DNA of 64,000 nt, taken from assembly GCF_009914755.1 (NCBI RefSeq), contig NC_060941.1. One strand, given 5' to 3'. Below are positions 53,855 through 64,000 of the stretch, one piece after another. Under the pieces are notes generated by a model. It was not told where the DNA came from. It made no database searches and saw nothing but the letters and a program-made list of their open reading frames with translations. The stretch comes from the human T2T-CHM13v2.0 reference genome, Homo sapiens. A program made the position numbers and the translations under genes. How positions within the stretch are numbered: position 1 is the first letter of the stretch; each line of letters starts with the position of its first letter.

Positions 53855-54390
53855 AATGAGTCACATTCATAGATAAAGTCGTCACATGCATGAAGAAGGT
53901 GAGTCACATACATGGATAAGGTCATCACATGCATGAAGGTGAGTCACATACATGGATAAGGTCGTCACATGCATGAAGGCGAGTCACATATGTGAATAAG
54001 GTCATCACATGCATGAAGGCGAGTCACATGTGAATAAGGTCATCACATGCATGAAGAAGGCCAGTCACATATGTGAATAAGGTCATCACATACATGAAGG
54101 TGAGTCATATACATGTATAAGGTAATCACATGCATGAAGAAGGCAAATCACATACGTGAATAAGGTCATCACATGCATGAAGAAGGTGAATCACATACAT
54201 GGATAGGGTCATCACATGCATGAAGAAGGTGAATCACCTACATGAATAAGGTCATCACATGCATGAAGGTGAGTCACATACATGGATAAGGTCATCACGT
54301 GCATGAAAGTGAGTCACATACAATAAGATCATCACATGCATGAGGAAGGTGAGTCATATACATGAATAAAGTCATTCACATGCATGAAGG
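53855..54390. repeat. Minisatellite, ~40/43 bp x ~13
   Basis: Unit gagtcacatacatggataaggtcatcacatgcatgaag(aag)gt. Confidence 0.97.
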
Positions 54391-56084
54391 AGGTCATTTC
54401 TAAGCTTGGTAAGTGTGAGGAAAGCAAATCATTTCATCTGCCTGATGGACTCTTAGCCATCTCTGCAGGCCCCGTTCAAGGGGCCCCCTCTTCTGACACC
54501 TCACGAATGCCTGGAGGGGTGGGTCACCAGCTGCCCCGGGCTCCTGGTCACTCTCCTGCACACCCCATTGCCCCATTGCAGCCCTCGGAGATTCTGTAAA
54601 CAGCTGCTTCTGTGCCCTCTCCTTCCAGGGCACTGCCCTTGTCCAAGTCAGGGAGGGCGTCTGGCTCGAATGCTATTTCCAGCATAGCACAGGGTCAGGC
54701 CGGCAGATGAGAGGGTTTGGTGAGTGATACAGCAGCCTCAGCCTCCTGGGAGACTGGTCTGGCCTGCTGGGAAGACATTGTCCACTCTGGCCTGGCCTGG
54801 CCTAAGCAGGTATGTGAGCGACAACTGCGGAGAGTGCCAGCCTCTGGAAGAGCCCCAGGGGCCTCATCCAACCACGGTGCCCACAAGGTGCCCCTCATAA
54901 GTGTTCTGGAGGCTGCGAGCAGAGCCAAAAAGATGAACAGCTCCTGTCCCCGCGGTGGGCTGATGAGAGTGGAACGAGGGCACATGTTCCAATGAATCTC
55001 TCGTGTCAGTTTTCACTGCAGCACAAACAGAGGGAGGTGGGGAGTGCATCGTTTCTTCTAGGAAGCCCCGGTTTCCACTGCTGATGAGGAGAGAGAGACA
55101 GAAATGGGGATTTTTCACACTCCTTTGCCTGGTGAATATTTTTGTTTTCGTTTAATTTTGGATTAGTGCATTGCTTTAGGACTGGACAGATGAAATCAGC
55201 ATCTTCCCAAACTTCTCTGCTGGAAGACTGTCTGGAATGTCTCCCCTTGGCCCTCTGGGGGATGCTGCCCACTCCACAGGGCTCCCTGAAGCTCTGTCTG
55301 ATTATAAAGGTAATACCTTCCAACAGAAATACACAGCTGGGTTATAGGAAATGGATAACAGATGATTCCTAGGAAAATCAAGGTTTCAGATGAAAAACCT
55401 GCACAATTTCTGGGGGTGCAAGGTTTCCAGAGCCAGGATTCTGGAAGGCTCCAGCCTCCAGCCCTCCCTCCCTAACCCAGAGGGAGGGCAAGAAGCAAAC
55501 TAAATGGGTTCTGAAGTGGGAAACAAATTGGATTTTTTAAAAATGCTCTGGTTCTAATGATCGAAGGGGTTATTCATAATCCTGGAGTAGAAAGCGTATC
55601 TTGAAATCTATGTTTTGTGTTGACAGCTTCTCCCTAATGGGCAAGATCTCACACATGATAGAGCCATAAAATGTGGCACTCCTGGCTGGCCCTGCTGCTT
55701 GTCTGATAAGGGAGATGGAGCGACTCGCCAGCACAGGCAGAGGGCCCTGGGTCTTACCCCGCCCCCGTGCCTCCTCCCAACTCCAGCTGGTCTCGGCTTC
55801 CAGCATGTTGGAAGGCCTGTTCTGCAGAACCCAAAGTCCATGTTTTGCAATGATGAGGATTCCATGTTCAAGAAAGGCTGGGAAATCTCTCCCCTCCTAG
55901 GGATTCAAAACACCCATGAGCACAGTCATGGCTGTGAGGAGGCTTCCACTAAAGAAAACCTGGTAAGCTATGCTCGACCCGGTTGTTCTCAGACTCCTTT
56001 GACTGCAGAACCCTGTTTTCACACAAGCCCTATTGAAGTCCTACAGAACAAACGCTTTCCAGAACCTACGATGCGTCATATAAC

Positions 56085-56446
56085 AGTATCCTTTTCCTAG
56101 GGCTACTCTATCAAAACACCACAGACTAGGGGGCTTAAATAACAGAAATTCCTTCTCTCACAGTTTTGGAGGTTGGGAGTCTGAGATCAAGGTGTAGGCA
56201 GGGTTGGCGACTTGGCTGTCTTCTCCCTGTGTCCTCCCATGGTCCTCCCTCTGCACATGTCTCTGTCCACATATCCTCTTCTTATAAGGACACCAGTCAT
56301 GCTGGATTAGGGCCCACCTCAGTGGCCTCGGTTTACCTTGATTATCTTTTTAAAGACCCTATTGCCAAAAATGGTAACATTTGGAGGTGCTGGGAGTTAG
56401 TATGTCAACATATGAATTTGGAGGGGACCCATTTCCGCTCATAACA
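56085..56446 (-). mobile_element. MaLR LTR, MLT1A/B-like
   Basis: 'caccacagactagggggcttaaataacagaaatt..ctcacagttttggagg', 'cttataaggacaccagtcat'. Confidence 0.8.
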
Positions 56447-56597
56447 GTAGCAGCGGGCCTTGGCACTATGAAACTTGGTATTGGGGGGACCATGAGGAGA
56501 GCAGAAAGGTAGGTAAGTGGGCAGGGCATGGCTGCTGCCTGACCCTCCGCATGCTTCCCATTGCAACAGTAATGACATTAACACTAACTGCATTTTC

Positions 56598-56908
<311 letters not shown>

Positions 56909-58893
56909 TTATGCATTACAAGTACTTTTCCATCCATCAATTAATGTGATCCTTTTAACAACCTGTAAGGTTGGAGGTTCTACAGTTATTTCCACTTAAC
57001 AGAGAAGGATGCCTGCACTCAGAAAGGTTGAGTCACTGGTTTGAAGTCACCCAGTAAATAGTGAAGTCAAGGACTAAACCCAGGTGGACTTAAAGAACCA
57101 GTCCCGAGGATTAATGGAGGATTGATTCCCTGCCCTCCCTAAGATGGAACCCGCAGTTGCTGGCAGCAGAAGCAAGAGTCATCTCAGAAGGGCTCTGAGG
57201 GCCCCTGCCAGGCAGAGCCCGAGTTCCCACAGGTGGCATTTACCCTGACGAATCTGGGCCCAGGCTGAGGCCCACCTCACTTCTCGCCAGCCTGGATGGA
57301 GAGCTGTTCCCCTGAGCTTCCCAAGTGTTTTCAGATGAGTGGATCCTGCTGGCTGCTCTAGGCACCTGCCCATTTGTGCTGAAAGCCAACCAGCTGTGAA
57401 AGGTTGCAGATTTCTGAGCTGTCCCAGGGGTCGGGTGTGGCGGAACAGGGACACAGACCGAGACCACCCCAGCTTTCCTGGACTCATCTCAGAAACAGAG
57501 GCAGGCCCAGCAGTGAGCATTCTTCAAGAATGAGCAACCCAGGTCCAGGCTGACTGCGAGCGGGACCAGAGAATTTGCTACTTGGAAGGCAGGAGAGGGT
57601 GGCGACTGGGTTAGCAGCTCCAGGAAACCAGCTGACTCACTTTGACCATGTCCATCCTGGCCTGGCCACCTGCTATTTGCTTCCTTGGTGCCTCTTGAAA
57701 AAGTTTGATGACCAGGTAAAACCCTTGCCTGCCATGCCCGGAGGCTGGCTCTTCATGAATTCTTCCTCTTGGTCAGAAGATGCAACTCTCTAGGTGACCA
57801 GGCCTGTGCCCGCAGGCCTTGTGCCTCCCCTGGACTCACTGGGCACTCCTGCTGCACATCTAGTCAAAGATGCTTGGCAAAGGAAGGGCAGATCACTGGG
57901 AGGGACGGACCCGGAGACCAGTCCTGACCCCAGATTCTGAGCTGTGGAGCCCGGGGCAGCGGATTTGTTGCCTTCACCTCAGGTTCATCTTGGTACAATG
58001 GGGCTCATGAATAAATGTCAAGGTCATTGTGAAGGTCCCATTAAAGGAGAGGTAAAAAGCTCTTTGCAAAACTTCAAAACAGCTATGTAAATGAGGGTTG
58101 TTAAAAGAGCCCAGGAGGCAGAGGGGGAGGAAGGCTGGGGGACCAGCCGTAAACTACTAACTGGTGCAGTGCCAGCGGCTACCTAGATGAGGCTGGGTGG
58201 GCACCGCACCAGGCAGGACTCACCCTCAACCTCCAGAGGGGCTTAGAAGAGGAGGTCCATGAAAGAATCCGAGTCTCCGGTGGTTGTGTGCCCAGAAATA
58301 CCTGGAACCACCGCAGAACCTGTACACTGGCCAATCCCAGGGGGCACTATCCCTGGATACTCTCCCATGCATGGTGAATAAGGTGCAGTGGCTGAGACCC
58401 TCAGGGAAAGGAACCCTCCACCATGTGCCATTTCCTCTTCCCAGGACTCTCTCTGACTCTGCCCCAGGCAGGGATGGGACCGACCCCTGGGAACCTGGTG
58501 TGGCAGCGGTGGGGATCACCCAGCAGAGGTTCAGGGAGTCACCCCTCACTCTCGCAGGAAGCTCACTCGTGTCAGTGGGTGGTTCAGTTCTGGAACATTT
58601 CTCTAGAGAGGGGGGCCCGGAAGTCCCCCAGCTGGCTTCTTTAGGGCAGGCTGGGGCTAGGGAGAGGACAGCGAGGCCCAGGGTGTGGATATAAGCAGGC
58701 ACTCACACTCATGGGCCTGCCTGCATGAGACTGACAGAGAGCGGTGCCTTAGATTCCAGGGACTTCTCTTGCCTCACCCACATGCCAGCCCTGCTTTTGG
58801 GAACCTCCCTTTTCAAGTTCTCTACTAAATGACACCACCCACTGCCCATCATAACTCATCCTATCCTACAAGGTTAAAATCGTTCAAGTCCTT

Positions 58894-59192
<299 letters not shown>

Positions 59193-59364
59193 TCATTCAA
59201 GTCCTTTGTCTGAGAGGAGACGGACATTCTGTCCAGGGCCAGGGGTGTCAGTCAGACTGATGGTAGATCACACAGAAGATGTACTGAAAGATTCTGGGAT
59301 TTGTCTTTGCGTGGAGAAGAGGCGATGGGTTGAGAGCGTGCCTTTAAATATTTGAATGGACCTC

Positions 59365-59800
59365 CTATGGGTCGATTAGTGGCCCCCAAAAGATTTGTGC
59401 ACGTCCTGCTTGCCAGAGCCTGTGAACGTGATCTTATTTGGAAAAGGAATCTTAGCAGATGTAACTAAGTTAAGGATTTCAAAATGAGATTCTGGATTCA
59501 GGGGGGACCCCAAATCCAGCGGCAGGTGTCATGACAGAGAAAGGCAGAGGGAGATTTGGGAGGGAGGAGGAGAAAACCACAGATGAGAGAGGCAGTGATT
59601 AGAGCTTGGCAGCCCCAAACCAAGGGACGCCTGGGAATAGGCAAGGCACGATCCTCCCCGGGAGGCTTCGGAGAGAACGCGTCCCGCCGACACCTTGCTG
59701 TCGGACGTCCAGCCTCCACAGCTGTGACAGAATCAGTTTCTGTTGTTGCAAGCCCCTCAGTTTGTAACAATTAGTTACTTGGCAGCAACGGGAATGAACA
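59365..59800 (+). mobile_element. MaLR LTR, MLT1C-like
   Basis: 'tggcccccaaaagat..cctgtgaacgtgatcttatttggaaaagg..gcagatgtaactaagttaaggat'. Confidence 0.8.
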
Positions 59801-60334
59801 GCTGTGTCCTATGAAAGAGGAGGTGGGCTAGTTCCATCTGCAGCCAGAGACTTAGCAAGGAAGGGTGAGAGTTCCAGGGGGGCATCTTGCAGACCAATGT
59901 AAGGAAGAATTTCCAAGAACGAGGCCTGCCCAGCATCGATGTGGCTGCCTTGGGCCATTCTGCCTCCTACAGCATCGGACTGACCGCCTCTTGGGAACAT
60001 AGCAGGTAGGACTGCTGTTCAGGAGGAAGGGTGGGTTAGGTCCTCCCTCCTTAGTGGAGACCTGCTGACAGGGTCCCCTGTGCGTGTGCATCATGATAGT
60101 AATTCCCCTTCAAGAAAGCATGTTGGAATGCACATATAAGAGTGATGTCTTGATAGGAATAACTTTGAGTCAGCTCTAATTTCCTTTTTCAAAAATGGCA
60201 TTATTTGCAAATGTTGGTACTGTAACTATTAATAATAATTTACTTGCAGGTAGCTCGCATTTCCCCGGGACACATTGCTGAAGCTTGTCACGGTGGTGAG
60301 AGAGACCTGTGGTCTCCTAGGAGGCGTGGAGCAG

Positions 60335-60490
60335 CCTTCCCACACTCTCTGCACATACACATCCTCGGGGGATCTGGTCCAGGGGCAGATTCTGACACCC
60401 CAGGCCTCAGCTGAGGCTCCAGACGCTGTGTCTCTCACAAGCCCTCGGAGGACAGTGATGCTGCAGGTCCACAGGCCACAGGGATCCAGA
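60335..60490. mobile_element. MER5-like MITE
   Basis: 'gcagattctga...tctctcacaagccctc..gtgatgctgcaggtccacaggccaca'. Confidence 0.5.
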
Positions 60491-60829
60491 GTGGCTGCTG
60501 GTGAGTTTCCAGAAGACCCGGAACTACTATTTAGAGGGGGCAGGGGAAGGTATTTCACCTTGCTACAACTTAGGCTGGGCCAGAGCTTTCCTTTCCGGGA
60601 ATGCTGTTGAACAAAAAAGTGGGACCTGGGGTGGCTGAGATGGGCGTCCTGGAGAAGTGTGGGCTGGGAGACCTAGAAGCCACCTTTCGGTAGAATAATC
60701 TAGGATCTCAAAACTTCCTGGGCTCCTGTCCTGTTTGGGGTTAAGGGACTTGATGAGACAATGCTGAAGGAACCCTACAGCTGACTTTGTGGAGCTTGTC
60801 TCCCATGCCAAGCTCTTGCCTTAGCTATC

Positions 60830-61000
60830 CGCTTTAGTGCTCACAGCAATTCTATGATTCAAGAATTGCTTTACTACCCCATTTTGCAGAGGAGAAGACA
60901 GAGCATAAAGAGGTTAAACCATGCCTATGGTCACCCCTATCTGGTGAAGCTGAGATTTGAAGTGGCGTTTGGACCCCAGAGCTGAGCTGATTATCACCAT
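60830..61000 (-). mobile_element. MIR
   Basis: 'ccccattttgcagaggagaagacagag..agaggttaa..atggtcac'. Confidence 0.7.
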
Positions 61001-62367
61001 GACATTCAACCTTCCAGAATCCTGCAGACCCTCAATAGGGTGCCCTGCCCTCCTGTCCATGCCTGGGCCTTCCAGGACTAGCAGAGTGGTGTAGGACATT
61101 CAGGGATGGGCCAGGGCATCCTTGTACGTGGCCCCTCCCTAGGTCACCCCCAATCCCTGCTCTGGTTGGCTCCACACTTTTACATGAAGCCCCGCTGCTC
61201 CCAGATGGGGGATTAGACCAGGGGCTCCTGTTCAGCTTTTCATGCAGGAAGACTACTGAGCAGGGGCTGGCTGTGGAAGAGGGGAAAGTTGCCACCCTTG
61301 TCTAAAATTGCCGCTGCGGGATGGAGAGGAAGATTCCTGCATACCCAAGGAGAGGTTGAGGCTCCAGGGAGAAGGAGGGAGCAGCGCTGCCTGAGCACAT
61401 GCCCCCAGCGTGTGGGCTGCTGGGCAGATGCCAGCATCCCCATCATTTAGGGCCTGAATAAACAGCCTTGTTTTACTCTGCTCTTTGCTGAGCAAAACAG
61501 GGCTCCAAACCCCTCCTGGCCATCCTCAAATCTCTTCCATTTTCCAAATCCTCAAACGCTTGAGGCTGTATCTCTTTGGCCTGTCCACCATAGAAAACAA
61601 GAGGCTGGTCCCTTCCCAGGCGAGGAGAGCCTCCCTCCCGGTGCTCCTGCGGTCGCCACACGTCTCCGTGGCTGACTCTTTATAGCAAGGTGCAGACACC
61701 AGGGATGGGGGTTCAGATGTGTGCACAGCAGGGTCTTTGGGGTCAGGGAGCTCTTCAGGGCAGGCAGAGCACATTCTCAGGCCATTAGCTGGTTGGGCCA
61801 GAGTTCACCTGCCACCACCCTGCCCCCAGACCAGCATCACGGCAGGGTCCCTGGTCCCTCAGAGACCCCTTGAGAGAGCAATCCCCACCACGGTCCAGGA
61901 GGTAGCTGCAAACCTGGAAAAACAGGACAGACTCCAGGAGAAGCACATAAGCCAATTAAGAGCCCAGGCTGGCCCGGCGGCTCCAGTAGCACCTGCTCTC
62001 ATCTTGTGAGGTGCGTGCGGCTTGGGCTGCTGGGAAGGTACAGTGCGGCCTAATTACACACTCCTCCGTGACAGGCGGTGTCAAAAGATTAAAGGAATCA
62101 AACCAAGTGGCTCTCCAGTGGCCCCTCCCCCAGGAACCAGAGCTGCTGCGTGAAGGTGATTATGGTACCAACGTAGTGGTTAGAAAGATAATTTTCTCTG
62201 GGCCCTGTGCCTGCCGCCTCCTCCACTGAGCTGCGCTTCGGCACTGCGACTCGGCCACCTTGTCTGGGCTTCACAGATTCATTTTCTTTTTTGTTGGCAC
62301 AGCTGAGCAGAAGGAAACAAACTAAGCAGCTCTCCCTCCACCAGCCTCCCACCCCACCACCCACGGG

Positions 62368-62897
62368 CCTCTCCTCCTCTTCCCTCTCCTCCCCTTCCCC
62401 TCCCTTCCCCTCCCCTCCCCTTCCCTCTCTTCCTCTTCCCCTCCCCTCCCTTCCCTTCCCCTCCCCTCCCCTCCCTTCCCCTCCCTTCCCCTTCCCCTCC
62501 TCTCCCCTTCCATCCCCTCCCCTCCCTTCCCTTTCTCACCCCTCCCTTCCCCTTCTCACCCCTCCCTTCCCCTTCCCCTCCTCTCCCCTTCCATCCCCTC
62601 CCCTCCCTTCCCCTTCTCACCCCTCCCTTCCCCTTCCCCTCCTCTCCCCTTCCATCCCCTCCCCTTCCATCCCCTCCCCTCCCTTCCCCTTCTCACCCCT
62701 CCCTTCCCCTTCCCCTTCTCACCCCTCCCTTCCTCTTCCCCTTCCCTCCCTTCCCCTTCTCTCCCCTCCCTTCCCCTTCTCTCCCCTCCCCTCCCTTCCC
62801 TTCCCCTCCTCTTTTCTTTCTTCTCCTCTCTCTCCTCTCTCTTCTCTGTCTCCTCTCTCTCTTCTTTCTCTCTCTCCTTTCTCTCCTCTCTCTCTCT
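62368..62897. repeat. Long C-rich polypyrimidine tract (CCCTT/CCCCT)
   Basis: About 530 bp, nearly purine-free on the + strand, with internal duplications. Confidence 0.95.
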
Positions 62898-63322
62898 GTT
62901 TGCTTCCCATTCTGTTTTTCTTCCTAGTCATCTCCATTCTGTTCTGCCCCTTTCACCTCCTGTTTGGTCTCTGCATCTCTTTTCCTTCCCCTCCTTAAAG
63001 ACCTGTCAGAGTTCAAGGATAAGGAAGCCACTGTGGGCTGCTTCCTGTTTTTTTGTTTTTGTATTTTTTTGTTTTTTTTCTTTTCTTTTTTCCGCTCTGA
63101 TGGTCTTTAAAATAATAACAGCAATAATCATGACCAATAACCGTCCTCGCCTCTTGCCAGCCCGTGTAGATGGCTTCCCTTGCATCATTTATGATACATT
63201 ATCAGATAAGGAAAGGGAGGACCAGGGGCTCTGCACTTGCCTCAGGGTTTGTGGCTGGTGAAGGCTGGAACCAAGGCTGTGAGCTCTGCCTGTTGACTGC
63301 AGAGAAGCTACCGACCTACTCA

Positions 63323-63801
<479 letters not shown>

Positions 63802-64000
63802 GGCAAGATAAGAAGGCACCTCTGCAAGTATCTCCTCCAGGCAGAGAGGACTGAGTATCAGTGAGGGAGGGGAGCAGGGTACCGGGACCCCCACTCCAGA
63901 CTCTGCCATGCCTCTGCCCAACTTTGCTGCAGTGACTTTGGGCAAGCATCCCTGATTTACCCGGCTATGGGCTGTCACCCCTGAGGAGGGAATGCCATGT

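Noticed and set aside
62207-62998. 263-aa Pro/Ser/Leu-rich ORF (also 8875-9336, 48128-48496)
   Set aside because: Translation of polypyrimidine tracts.

Overview
Non-coding primate (human-like) genomic DNA. The evidence is AluJ/S/Y copies, an L1PA 3' end, Tigger1, MLT1/MST/LTR16/LTR33 LTRs, MIR, L2 and MER elements. I found no credible protein-coding exon, RNA gene or CRISPR array. The ORF-track entries come from tandem repeats, Alus, low-complexity tracts or chance. The only real protein homology is the disabled transposase of a full-length Tigger1 (4565-7963, minus strand, TA target duplications, split by three Alus). The window is unusually rich in minisatellites (18, 33, ~40, 44 and 46 bp units, plus a CA/CATG higher-order array) and has three long pyrimidine tracts on the + strand, which suggests a distal, VNTR-rich intronic or intergenic locus; I cannot name it. 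I cannot support a new biological system from sequence alone. The best leads are: (1) a gapless 126-bp, ~81% identical non-Alu inverted repeat (24534-24659/25213-25338); (2) minisatellites whose units are built from regulatory motifs (UGCAUG + 5' splice site + AP-1; NF-Y CCAAT + p53 half-site); (3) structurally aberrant Alus; (4) several motif-dense candidate enhancers. Repeat family names come from my recall of consensus sequences and boundaries are approximate.
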